Shown here: positions 1 to 8,951 of the stretch, in pieces
Position numbering within the stretch: position 1 is the stretch's first letter
Layout: every line of letters starts with the position of its first letter
NCBI GenBank assembly: GCA_964439835.1
Contig: CAYTPQ010000015.1
Coordinates: forward strand, 310 to 64,309
Direction: 5' to 3'
Origin: an uncultured Ectothiorhodospiraceae bacterium
GTDB taxonomy: Bacteria > Pseudomonadota > Gammaproteobacteria > JAABTG01
Length of the DNA stretch: 64,000 nt
Program-made: the position numbers and the translations under genes
The notes under the pieces: generated by a model
Seen by the model: the letters and a program-made list of their open reading frames with translations, nothing else
The model's database searches: none
What the model was told of the DNA's origin: nothing

Positions 1-2
1 GG

Positions 3-3000
3 CGGGCGCTGCTCGTTCTCGTGCTGTTGCTGGCGGTCGTGGTGGGGTTGGCGGTCGGGACGGAGACGGGGCTGCGGCTCGCCTTGCGGGCGGCGACGGC
101 GGTGGCGCCGGGCGAGCTGGCGGTGGAGTCGGTGGAGGGGCGGCTGATGGGGCCGCTCGAGGTTCGGGGGCTCGCCTACCGCGACCCGGCCCTGACGGTA
201 GAGGTGGGGCGCTTCGCCTTCGACTGGCGGCCTTCGGAGCTCTTCTCGGCGCGGTTGCGGGTCCTGTACCTGGACCTGGAGGGGGTGCGGGTAGTGCCCG
301 GTGAGGCTGGGGAGGAGCCGCCGCCGGAGAAGGCGGGGCCGCCGGCGCTGCCGGAGATCCGGCTTCCGGTCGAGGTCGTGGTGGAGCGGGTGGAGGTGCG
401 GGACGCTCGGTTGGAGCGCCCGGGGGTGCCGCCGCTCGATCGGCTGCTGCTGCGGGCGCGCGCGGCCGGCCAGCGCCTGGAGCTGGGGGAGCTGGCGCTG
501 CGGACGCCGGACCTGAGCGCGGACGCCGGCGGGGAGGTCGGGCTCGGGCCCGATCTGCCCGCCGACCTCCGGCTGCGCTGGCAATGGTCCCCGCCCGGGC
601 GGGAGGCGCTCGCGGGCGAGGGGCGGGTTCAGGGGCCGATCCCGGCCTTGCGGGTCGATCATGTGGTCAGCGGGGCGGCGCAGGCGCGGCTGGAGGCCAC
701 GGTCGAGGGTCTGCCCGGGGCGCCGCGCTGGGACGCGCGCGTCGAGCTGGAGCGGGTGGAGCCGGCGCGGCTCGTCGCCGGGGCGCCACCGCTGTCGGTC
801 GCCGGCACTATTACGAGCCGCGGCACCCCCGAAGACCTGGAAGCGACCGGCCGCATCCGGGTGGAGGAGAAGGACCTCGGTCCCCTGGTCGCCGACCTGA
901 GGGCCACCCTCGCGGGCGGCGAGCGCCTGGCGGTGGAGCGGCTCGAGGTCGGCCGTGCGGACGCGCCGCCCGTGCTCTCCGCCACGGCGGACGCGCGACT
1001 CGCGGAGAAGCCCGAGTTCCGGGTGCGGGCCCGCTGGCAGGCCCTGCAGTGGCCGCTCTCGGGCGAGCCCGACGTGGCGAGTCCGGAGGGTAATCTGACG
1101 GCCGAGGGCAGCGTCGAGGCCTTCCGCTTCCAGGCCGAGACCCGCGTGCTTGCCCGCGAGGCCCCGGAGACCGCCGTGCGTCTGGACGGCACTGGCGATG
1201 CCCGGGGGGCGCGGGTGGAGCGTCTGCTGCTGGGGCTGCTGAACGGCCAGATCAGTGCCTCGGGCGACGTCGGCTGGGACCCGGAGCCCCGCTGGGACCT
1301 GAAGGTCGTCCTGGAGGGCATCGACCCGGGTGCGCGCTGGCCCGAGTGGGCAGGGCGGCTCGGCGGGGCGCTCGCCTCCCAGGGGCGGGTAGTCGCCGGC
1401 GGGCCGGAGGCCTCGCTGGAGGTGGACGCCATCGAGGGTGAGCTGCGGGGCTACCCCGTCCGGCTCCGGGCCGCGGTGGGCCTGCAGGGCACCCAGGTGG
1501 ACGTCCGCGAGCTCGGCCTGGGCTCGGGCGAGGCTCGGGTCGAGGCCCGGGGCCGTGTCGGCGAGGCGCTGGACCTCGCCTGGTCCCTGACCGCCCCCCG
1601 GCTCGAGGAATTGCTGCCGGGCGCGTCCGGATCGGTCCAGGGCGAGGGCCGGCTGTCCGGGAAGGTGGCCCGGCCGCAGGTGACGGCGCGCCTGACGGGG
1701 AACCGGGTCGCGTTTCAGGACAACGGGCTGGAGCGGCTCGCGGTCGACGTGGACCTGGCCCTCGCCGCGGACGCCCCCCTGAAGGTAGACCTGGAAGCGG
1801 CGGGGCTGCGCGCCGGGGGCAAGGCCGCCGGCGACCTGACCGTCAAGGGCTCCGGGTCCGGGCGTGACCACCGGGTCGCGCTCGACCTGACCGGAGGCGA
1901 GCTGGGTGTGGCGACCTCGCTCGCCCTGGCGGGCGGTCTGAAGGGCCAGACGGAGTGGGTGGGGCGCCTCGAGCGGGCGACGCTCGCGGCGGGTCCCTGG
2001 GGCGAGTGGCGGCTGCAGGCGCCGGCCAATCTGATCCTCGGCCCCGAGGCGCAGGCCAAGCCACTGTGCCTGGCGAGCGGCGAGGCCCGGATCTGCGCCT
2101 CCGGTGGGCGGTCGGCGAGCGGCGCCTGGAAGGGGGAGGGCTCGCTCAGCGCCGTGCCGCTGGGCCTGGCCCAGCCGTTTCTGCCCCCGGACGTCCAGCT
2201 CTCGGGGGCCGTCAACGCCACGGCCAGCGCATCGGGGACGGCCGCGGGGGGTCTCAAGGCGGAGGCCCGGGTGTCCCTGCCCGGCGCGGCCGTGACCCTC
2301 CCCATCGGCAAGGGCCGGCAGGCCCTGGACCTCTCCCGCAGCACCCTCACTGCCCGGGTCGACGGGGCCGGGGCCCTGGCCGAGGCCAAGCTGTTCCTGG
2401 GCGACCTGGCGAGCGTGGACGGGCGCCTCCAGGCGCCGAAATGGTCGCCGGCGGTGACGGACCTTTCCCGTCAGGCGGTGTCCGGGCGCCTGCAGGCCCG
2501 GGTGCCCGATCTAGGCTGGGTGCGGGGCTTCGCCCCGGACCTCGGCAAGGTCGAGGGACGCTTCGCCCTGGACGCAAGCGTCGCCGGTACCGTCGGCGCC
2601 CCGCGGCTCAACGTCGAGGGCGGCCTGGAGGGTGGTCGCGTCGAGGTCCCGGCGGCTGGCCTCGAGGTCCGGGACCTCCGCCTCGGGGTGCGCAGCCAGG
2701 GGAGCGAGCGGTTGGTCTACGACGGCGGCGCCCGCTCGGGCGAGGGGGCGCTGCAGGTGTCGGGCTTCACCCGCGTGGACCCGCAACTCGGCTGGCCGAC
2801 CGAGATCCGGGTGACCGGCCGCAACTTCTCGGTCGTGAGCGTCCCGGAGTACCGCGCGTCGATCTCGCCGGACCTGACCCTGCGCGCCGACGGGGCCGGC
2901 GCCGTGGTCGAGGGTCAGGTGCTGGTGCCCTCGGCCCGAATCAAGCCACGCTCGCTGCCGGAGGGCACGGTGGCGCCTTCCGCCGACCTCAAAGTGAAGG

Positions 3001-3728
3001 GGGATAAGCCGCGGGCCGTCGCCGCGCCGCTGCCCCTCAGCGTGCGGGTCGACCTGCGCTTCGGCGACCAGGTGCTGGTCGACGCCTTCGGCCTGCGGGG
3101 CCGCCTGTCGGGTCAAGTGGCGGTCGCCCAACAGCCGGGCAGGGACCCGCGAGGGACGGGCAGGGTGGGGGTCGTCGAGGGGGTCTACACCGGCCTCGGC
3201 CGGGACCTGACCATCGAGCGGGGTTGGCTCGTCTACGCGAGCAGCCCGCTCGACAACCCCGGCCTCGACATTCAGGCTGTGTCCAAGGGTAGTGAGGTGA
3301 CCGCGGGCGTGCGGGTCACCGGGCTCGCCAGGGAGCCTCGCCTGGAGTTCTTCTCCACACCCCCCCGGCCCCAGTCGGACGTCATCGGCTACCTGCTGCT
3401 GGGTCGGCCTCTCGACGCCTCGGCCTCCGAGGACGACCGCAAGGCAGTCAAGGGAGCGGCGGCGCTGGCCGGCGGGCGCCTGCTCGCGGGGGAGCTCGGC
3501 CGGCAGCTCGGCATCGACCGGCTGGGCGTGGAGGACGGTGGCGCCGCTGGCCCCTCCGTCGCCGTGGGCCAGTACCTGTCGCCACGGCTGTTCGTCGAGT
3601 ACCTGAGCGGCCTGCGGTCCTCGGTCAACCGGCTGCGCATGCGCTACGACCTGACCCGCCGGGTGCAGCTCCAGACCGAGACCGGCGACAGCCAGGGGGC
3701 GGACATCTTCTATACCATCGAGCGCTAG
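3..3728 (+). CDS. tamB: Translocation and assembly module subunit TamB (DUF490), 5'-truncated by the window edge
   Basis: Frame is open from position 3 (track start 21). Long beta-rich protein with the TamB-type C-terminus (GQYLSPRLFVEY...RYDLTRRVQLQTETGDSQGADIFYTIER). Confidence 0.9.
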   Translation, partial: RALLVLVLLLAVVVGLAVGTETGLRLALRAATAVAPGELAVESVEGRLMGPLEVRGLAYRDPALTVEVGRFAFDWRPSELFSARLRVLYLDLEGVRVVPGEAGEEPPPEKAGPPALPEIRLPVEVVVERVEVRDARLERPGVPPLDRLLLRARAAGQRLELGELALRTPDLSADAGGEVGLGPDLPADLRLRWQWSPPGREALAGEGRVQGPIPALRVDHVVSGAAQARLEATVEGLPGAPRWDARVELERVEPARLVAGAPPLSVAGTITSRGTPEDLEATGRIRVEEKDLGPLVADLRATLAGGERLAVERLEVGRADAPPVLSATADARLAEKPEFRVRARWQALQWPLSGEPDVASPEGNLTAEGSVEAFRFQAETRVLAREAPETAVRLDGTGDARGARVERLLLGLLNGQISASGDVGWDPEPRWDLKVVLEGIDPGARWPEWAGRLGGALASQGRVVAGGPEASLEVDAIEGELRGYPVRLRAAVGLQGTQVDVRELGLGSGEARVEARGRVGEALDLAWSLTAPRLEELLPGASGSVQGEGRLSGKVARPQVTARLTGNRVAFQDNGLERLAVDVDLALAADAPLKVDLEAAGLRAGGKAAGDLTVKGSGSGRDHRVALDLTGGELGVATSLALAGGLKGQTEWVGRLERATLAAGPWGEWRLQAPANLILGPEAQAKPLCLASGEARICASGGRSASGAWKGEGSLSAVPLGLAQPFLPPDVQLSGAVNATASASGTAAGGLKAEARVSLPGAAVTLPIGKGRQALDLSRSTLTARVDGAGALAEAKLFLGDLASVDGRLQAPKWSPAVTDLSRQAVSGRLQARVPDLGWVRGFAPDLGKVEGRFALDASVAGTVGAPRLNVEGGLEGGRVEVPAAGLEVRDLRLGVRSQGSERLVYDGGARSGEGALQVSGFTRVDPQLGWPTEIRVTGRNFSVVSVPEYRASISPDLTLRADGAGAVVEGQVLVPSARIKPRSLPEGTVAPSADLKVKGDKPRAVAAPLPLSVRVDLRFGDQVLVDAFGLRGRLSGQVAVAQQPGRDPRGTGRVGVVEGVYTGLGRDLTIERGWLVYASSPLDNPGLDIQAVSKGSEVTAGVRVTGLAREPRLEFFSTPPRPQSDVIGYLLLGRPLDASASEDDRKAVKGAAALAGGRLLAGELGRQLGIDRLGVEDGGAAGPSVAVGQYLSPRLFVEYLSGLRSSVNRLRMRYDLTRRVQLQTETGDSQGADIFYTIER

Positions 3729-3808
3729 GCGGATGCGCTCGCCGATCGAACGTGTTCGCACCGGAGGGTCTATAAGGTTATAAGGGGGGCCCGGGTGCTC
3801 TAAAGAAC

Positions 3809-5008
3809 ATGGAATCGCCGCGCGCTGACGACGGTCTCGCTCCGGTGGCGGAGGCTCGCCCGACGCGTCGTCGCGCCCGCCGAGCGGAGGGGAAAATGCC
3901 GACCCCAGGTGGCGCGGCGACCGCGGCCAGGCCTGCCGGGACCGCAGAGGCGGGTGGCGGCGCTCGGAAGGCCAGGGCGGACAGAGGGGGCAGGGTGGAC
4001 GAGATAAAGGTCGAGGGTGTGGACCACAAGAGAAAGCGTCGTGGGATCCGAATGGAGTCGGCCCTGGCGATGGGTGGATCGCGCCTGTCCCCCCCGGCCG
4101 CGGCCGCGACACAACTCCCGGATTCGCAGTCCAGTGCCCAGGACGCGGCAGCCGCCCCCGGGCCAAGCCCCGCGGTGCCGCCGGTCGCGCCCCGGCCCGA
4201 GGCCGAGCGTCCGCCGGTGCCTACGCCCGCGTCCGAGCGCCAGCCGACGGAGGCGGCCGCGGCGCGGCCGAGCCGGCCGGCCGTGGCCGAGCGCAAGCCG
4301 GGGACGGCGACTGCCCCGAAACGCCCACCGACGCCCACCGCCGGGCGACCCCCAGCCGCCGCCCTCAAGCGCGCGGTCAAGGCGATGGTGACCCCGAAGC
4401 GCAAGACCGGCGTCAAGGCCACGCCAGAGGCGCGGCCCAGCCGGGATAAGCGGCGGCGGGCCGAGCCCGCGACGTCCGCGGAAACGCCCATCCCCGCAGA
4501 ATCGCCCGTCGTCGCGTCCACCGAGCCGGTGCCCTTGTTCTGGGGCGAATGGGTTCGGCAGCAGCGCCGGTTGATCATCGCCGCCGCTGTGGGTTTCCTC
4601 GGTGGCCTGTTCGTCTACGCCCTGTTCGGTCCCGGTGAGCCGGCCCCCGGCGACCGGCCCGCGGTCACGACGCCGCGACGGGCCCCCGACCGGACGGTCA
4701 CCCCTCCGGCCGTGCCGTCGTCGCCGTCGGCCGGGCGTGCTGGCCTGGAGTCGGGCTACCGGCCGCCGTCGTCCGCCCCATCGTACCCGCCCTCGACGGC
4801 CTATCCGTCCGCGCCGACCTACCCCCCTGCGCAGACCTACCCCGGGGCGCCCTCTTACCCCGCAGGACGGGCATACCCGACCGAGGACTACCGGCCCTGG
4901 GGCCGCACGGACGGCCGGGATGAGCGGCCGCGCGAGGCCCCGCCCGGGACCCTTGGCGGCTACCCGTCGGCCCCGAGCCCTTACGTACCCTTCAGTCCCG
5001 GACGCTGA
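3809..5008 (+). CDS. Hypothetical Pro/Ala-rich single-pass membrane protein with Tyr-Pro hexapeptide repeats
   Basis: 399-aa ORF filling the gap between tamB and the regulator. One hydrophobic helix (LIIAAAVGFLGGLFVYALF) and C-terminal repeats APSYPP-STAYPS-APTYPP-AQTYPG-APSYPA-GRAYPT. Start codon uncertain. Confidence 0.55.
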   Translation: MESPRADDGLAPVAEARPTRRRARRAEGKMPTPGGAATAARPAGTAEAGGGARKARADRGGRVDEIKVEGVDHKRKRRGIRMESALAMGGSRLSPPAAAATQLPDSQSSAQDAAAAPGPSPAVPPVAPRPEAERPPVPTPASERQPTEAAAARPSRPAVAERKPGTATAPKRPPTPTAGRPPAAALKRAVKAMVTPKRKTGVKATPEARPSRDKRRRAEPATSAETPIPAESPVVASTEPVPLFWGEWVRQQRRLIIAAAVGFLGGLFVYALFGPGEPAPGDRPAVTTPRRAPDRTVTPPAVPSSPSAGRAGLESGYRPPSSAPSYPPSTAYPSAPTYPPAQTYPGAPSYPAGRAYPTEDYRPWGRTDGRDERPREAPPGTLGGYPSAPSPYVPFSPGR

Positions 5009-5066
5009 GCGCGCGGCAGGCCCCGTAACCCCTCGGCAGCGCCGCGCGAAGCGTCGTCGCGTCTTT

Positions 5067-6404
5067 TCAGCGTTCCACCCCCAGTCGGCGCATCCGCCGC
5101 CACAGGGTGCTGCGGTCGATCCCCAAGAGCTGTGCCGCCTCCGCCCGGTTGCCGCCAGTGCGCTCCAGGGCGTCGATGACCTCCCGGCGCTGGCGCTCCG
5201 TGGTGGGGGAGAGGGGGTCGGGGCGCGCGGGTGGCGGGGACTGCTCTCGCTGGAAGCGGCAGAGGTCCTGGGGCAGGCTCGCGAGGTTGACCACGCCGTT
5301 CTCGGCGCAGATGACGCTGTGCTCGACGGCGTTGGCGAGCTCCCGGACGTTGCCCGGCCAGGGGTAGTCCATCAGCAGCTTCATGGCCTCCCGGCTGAAG
5401 ATCACGCCGGAGGGGTAGCCGCGGGCGACCAGCTTGGATTGGAAGTGGTGCACCAACAGCGGGATGTCGCCCGGCCGCTCGCGCAGCGGTGGGACGTAGA
5501 TCGGGATGACCGCCAGCCGGTAGTAGAGATCCGGCCGGAACACCGCTGCGTCGACCGCGGCGCGCAGGTTGCAGTTCGAGGCGCTGACGACGCGCACGTC
5601 GACCGAGACGCTGTGGTCGGAGCCCACCGGCTCGAAACGGCCGTCCTGCAGCGCACCGAGCAGCTTGGGCTGCAGGTGCAGGGGGATCTCGGCGATCTCG
5701 TCCAGGAACAGGGTCCCACCGTCGGCGCTCTGGAAACGGCCGGCCCGGTCGCGGATGGCGCCGGTGAAGGCCCCCTTCACGTGCCCGAACAGCTCGGACT
5801 CGATCAGGCTGTCGGGGATAGCCGCGCAGTTGAGCTCGATGAGCGGACCGTCCTTGCGCCGGCTGATCTGGTGTAGGAAGCGCGCGAGCTCGCTCTTGCC
5901 GGTCCCCGACTCGCCCTGCAGCAGCACGAAGGCGTCGGTCGGGGCGATCTGCCGCAGCCGGGCCACGATCTGCAACATTTCCGGGTCCGCCGTCACCAGG
6001 CCGCACCCTGACTTGCCCTGGAACACGGCCTCCCACTGCCGGTGCTCCGTGCGGTCGCAGACAATCAGCACGACCACGTCTCGCCCGCTCACGGGCAGGC
6101 GCACCAGGCCCCGATGGAACTCGTAGAAGCGCGTGCCTTCCGGTCCCGTGAGCTCCTCCGCGAAGGTCTGCAGTCGAGCCTCCGGGAAGCTGGTGGACAC
6201 CGCCTTGCAGGCCGCGAGCACCGGCAGCGGGAGCACGGCCGCCAGGTCACCCAGCGCTTGGGGATGCGCCTCGGGGGCGACCCGCAACAGGGAGCGGGCC
6301 GTGTCGTTCAGGTACAGGAGGGTTCCGTCGGTTTCGGCGATCAGGATGCCGCTCTCGGTCTGGGCGGCCAACAGGTCCAGCACCGGCTCGATGTCTTGCA
6401 GCAT
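5067..6404 (-). CDS. Sigma54-dependent enhancer-binding transcriptional activator (PAS-like, AAA+, Fis-type HTH; no receiver domain)
   Basis: Walker A GESGTGKS, GAFTGA loop, GGTLFLDEI, YPWPGNVREL and C-terminal HTH (GGNRAEAAQLLGIDRSTLWRRM). GGAGG RBS upstream. Confidence 0.95.
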   Translation of the reverse strand: MLQDIEPVLDLLAAQTESGILIAETDGTLLYLNDTARSLLRVAPEAHPQALGDLAAVLPLPVLAACKAVSTSFPEARLQTFAEELTGPEGTRFYEFHRGLVRLPVSGRDVVVLIVCDRTEHRQWEAVFQGKSGCGLVTADPEMLQIVARLRQIAPTDAFVLLQGESGTGKSELARFLHQISRRKDGPLIELNCAAIPDSLIESELFGHVKGAFTGAIRDRAGRFQSADGGTLFLDEIAEIPLHLQPKLLGALQDGRFEPVGSDHSVSVDVRVVSASNCNLRAAVDAAVFRPDLYYRLAVIPIYVPPLRERPGDIPLLVHHFQSKLVARGYPSGVIFSREAMKLLMDYPWPGNVRELANAVEHSVICAENGVVNLASLPQDLCRFQREQSPPPARPDPLSPTTERQRREVIDALERTGGNRAEAAQLLGIDRSTLWRRMRRLGVER

Positions 6405-6587
6405 ACGACCTCCCGGTCGAATTCCCGAGCGTTTCCTTAATCGGCCCGCAACGCCGCAACCTGTCGCAACGAGTCACGCACCGAGGGGGGCCAGGTGGAC
6501 GCCCCGGCGCAGTCCCCGAAAGACGTGCACAATATTCCCACGGCGCTCTGCGGGGGCCCGACGCCTTGATCCAGGATAATCCAGAAT

Positions 6588-6604
6588 GTTGCGCCGTGCG
6601 CAAC
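6588..6604. promoter_or_regulatory. Palindromic candidate upstream activator sequence GTTGCGC-CGT-GCGCAAC
   Basis: Perfect 7-3-7 inverted repeat between the activator gene and the sigma54 promoter; three more CGCAAC half-sites at 6447-6470. Confidence 0.5.
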
Positions 6605-6629
6605 GTCGCGCCTCATCTGCTAGCCTATA

Positions 6630-6642
6630 AATCAGATAGTTA
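6630..6642 (+). promoter_or_regulatory. IHF binding site
   Basis: AATCAGATAGTTA matches WATCARNNNNTTR, in an AT-rich patch between the candidate UAS and the -24/-12 element. Confidence 0.7.
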
Positions 6643-6647
6643 TGTAG

Positions 6648-6663
6648 TGGCATGTCGATTGCT
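6648..6663 (+). promoter_or_regulatory. Sigma54 (RpoN) -24/-12 promoter
   Basis: TGGCATGTCGATTGCT matches TGGCAC-N5-TTGCW with exact GG/GC spacing (one C>T difference), about 95 nt upstream of the cytochrome ATG. Confidence 0.88.
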
Positions 6664-6756
6664 GCACATACAAGCGCAAAACATGCCATGCCGGACCGCC
6701 AGGGCCGGGAACCGGTCCCCGGGCGGAGCAATAAACCCAATGATGAGGAGAATGCT

Positions 6757-8214
6757 ATGAGAGGACGGGGCCTGGCCGCCGTAGCGGCCCTTGTTGCAGG
6801 TCTACCTGCTCTTGCCGGGGCGGAGGCCCCCGGCCCACAGGCGGGAATCAACCCGGACCAGCCTTTCCCGCCGTCGTACATCACGACCGACACGGGCAAG
6901 CCGATCAAGGTCGAGGATTTCCAGGATGCGACGCTGTGCATGGGCTGTCACCCGCGCCAGGCAGCGGGCTGGCAGGGCTCCATGCACTCGATCTCGTTCG
7001 TGGACCCGGTGTTCCAGAACCTCTGGGCGTTGGGTGACAAGGAGACGAAAGGGGCGACGATGAACCACTGCGGGGCCTGCCACACCGGCATCGGCATCGC
7101 CAGCGGCACCGTCAAGTTCGAGCCCGACAAGCCCGTGCACGGGGCCTTCACCGCGCCGGGCGTCGCCGCCAAGGGCGTGTCCTGCGACCTCTGCCACACC
7201 ATTTCGGGCTCGAACATCCTGAAGACCGCGGTGCTCGAGCACGGCAACGCCTCCTACGTGATGTCGCCCGGCCAGACCAAGCGGGGCCCGCTGCGTGACT
7301 CCAAGTCGCCGTTCCACCAGACGGCGTTCTCGGAGCTGCACACCAAGGCGGACTTCTGCGGCAACTGCCACAACATCTTCCACCCGACCAACAACTTCCC
7401 GGTCGAGCGGACCTACGACGAGTGGAAGTACTCGGTCTACGCCCAGAACGGCATCCAGTGTCAGGACTGTCACATGACGCCGGTGAAGACGGCGATCAAG
7501 GTCGCCGATGCCCTGAAGCCGGCCAAGGAGCTGGGTGACAAGGAGCTGGGTGGTGCCGCTGGCCTCGGCGGGCCGATGGACCGGGCGCTTGTGCACGACC
7601 ACGGCTTCGTCGGCGGCAACGCCGTCATCGCGCCGCTGCTCGGCGTTCAGGGTGGGGAGGAGCACAAGGCGATGGCGATCGAGCGGCTGCAAAACGTCGC
7701 CGAGCTCGAGGCCAAGGTGGAGCAGGTCAAGGACAGCCTGCACCTGTTGAAGGTGAAGGTGATCAACGCCCGCGCCGGCCATCACCTGCCGACCAGTCTG
7801 ACCGAGGTCCGTCAGGTCTGGGTCGAGGCGATCGTGACCGACGACAAGGGCCGCGAGCTGATGCGCTCCGGCACCATGACGGCCGAGAACGAGCTGCCCA
7901 AGGACGTGGTGATCTTCAACTCGCACGCGGTGGACAAGGACGGCAAGGACACGGTGAAGCCGTGGGAGGTCTCCCGGTTCACCGACACCACCACCATCCC
8001 GCCGAAGGGCTACAAGTACGCCAAGTATCCCTTCAACGTGCCGGCCGACGCGACCAAGCTGAAGGTCGAGGCGAAGCTGCACTATCGGTCCTTCGCGCAA
8101 GGTATTGCCGACCTGCTGGTGGGCAAGGGGACGGTGAAGGTGCCGTCAGTCGAGATGGAGTCCATCACGAAGGAGTTCCCGGTCAGCGCAGGGAAGGTGG
8201 CGCTGGCGCACTGA
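6757..8214 (+). CDS. Periplasmic pentaheme cytochrome c with C-terminal beta-sandwich domain
   Basis: GAGGAG RBS then ATG at 6757; signal peptide (MRGRGLAAVAALVAGLPALAGA); five CxxCH motifs (CMGCH, CGACH, CDLCH, CGNCH, CQDCH). Confidence 0.9.
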   Translation: MRGRGLAAVAALVAGLPALAGAEAPGPQAGINPDQPFPPSYITTDTGKPIKVEDFQDATLCMGCHPRQAAGWQGSMHSISFVDPVFQNLWALGDKETKGATMNHCGACHTGIGIASGTVKFEPDKPVHGAFTAPGVAAKGVSCDLCHTISGSNILKTAVLEHGNASYVMSPGQTKRGPLRDSKSPFHQTAFSELHTKADFCGNCHNIFHPTNNFPVERTYDEWKYSVYAQNGIQCQDCHMTPVKTAIKVADALKPAKELGDKELGGAAGLGGPMDRALVHDHGFVGGNAVIAPLLGVQGGEEHKAMAIERLQNVAELEAKVEQVKDSLHLLKVKVINARAGHHLPTSLTEVRQVWVEAIVTDDKGRELMRSGTMTAENELPKDVVIFNSHAVDKDGKDTVKPWEVSRFTDTTTIPPKGYKYAKYPFNVPADATKLKVEAKLHYRSFAQGIADLLVGKGTVKVPSVEMESITKEFPVSAGKVALAH

Positions 8215-8233
8215 CAGGAGGCTGAAAGGCCAG

Positions 8234-8319
8234 AGAAGGGGGCGCTGCGGATCCCCGGCAGCCGACCCGCGCGGCGCGGGCGGCGCGGAGCGAGCACCCG
8301 GCGGCCCCCTTCTTTTTTT
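8234..8319 (+). terminator. GC-rich stem with large structured loop followed by a T run (possible terminator or attenuator)
   Basis: AGAAGGGGGC (8234-8243) pairs with GCCCCCTTCT (8304-8313), followed by a T tract. The roughly 60-nt loop is atypical for an intrinsic terminator. Confidence 0.4.
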
Positions 8320-8347
8320 GCGGGCGAAACCATTGGAGGTCATCGAG

Positions 8348-8938
8348 ATGCACAACAAGAAACTGGGTGCGGTGCTGACTGCCGGGTTGCTGGCGGCCAG
8401 CGCCTCCGCGGTTGCTGCCGGTCCCAGCGCGGCGACGGTGGTTGGCCACACCTGTGCCGGCTGTCACGGCACGAACGGCGCGAGCAAGGGCCCTGCGCCG
8501 ATCCTCGGTGGGCTGTCCGAGATGTACCTGGCCTCGACCATGGCCGCCTACAAGGACGGCACGCGGTACTCGACCATCATGGGCCGGCTCGCCAAAGGCT
8601 ACGACCAGGGCGAGATCCTGGACATGTCCAAGTTCCTCGCGGGCCAGCCCTGGGTCTCCGGAACGCGACCGGTGGACGCGAAGCTGGCCGAGAAGGGTAA
8701 GCAGGTGCACAACGCCAACGGCTGCGCCGGCTGCCACGGAGCGAACGGGATTTCTCCGATGCCGACGGCGCCGCGCATGGCGGGGCAGTACGCGGACTAC
8801 CTGTACTTCCAGATGCAGGACTACAAGGACGCGAGCAAGGCCGTTCCGGCCAGCGCGATGGTCATGCGCAGCATGTTGACTCCGGTTAGCGACGACGACG
8901 TGAAGGCGCTCGCGGCCTTCTACGCCAGCGCGAAGTGA
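8348..8938 (+). CDS. fccA: Flavocytochrome c sulfide dehydrogenase, diheme cytochrome subunit
   Basis: GGAGGT RBS, signal peptide, two CAGCH motifs in a c4-like diheme layout, directly upstream of fccB. Confidence 0.88.
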   Translation: MHNKKLGAVLTAGLLAASASAVAAGPSAATVVGHTCAGCHGTNGASKGPAPILGGLSEMYLASTMAAYKDGTRYSTIMGRLAKGYDQGEILDMSKFLAGQPWVSGTRPVDAKLAEKGKQVHNANGCAGCHGANGISPMPTAPRMAGQYADYLYFQMQDYKDASKAVPASAMVMRSMLTPVSDDDVKALAAFYASAK

Positions 8939-8951
8939 GGAGGGAGACGCC

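Noticed and set aside
3747-3758. LexA-like box CGAACGTGTTCG
   Set aside because: The spacer is 2 nt rather than the 4 nt of GAAC-N4-GTTC, and no SOS gene is adjacent.
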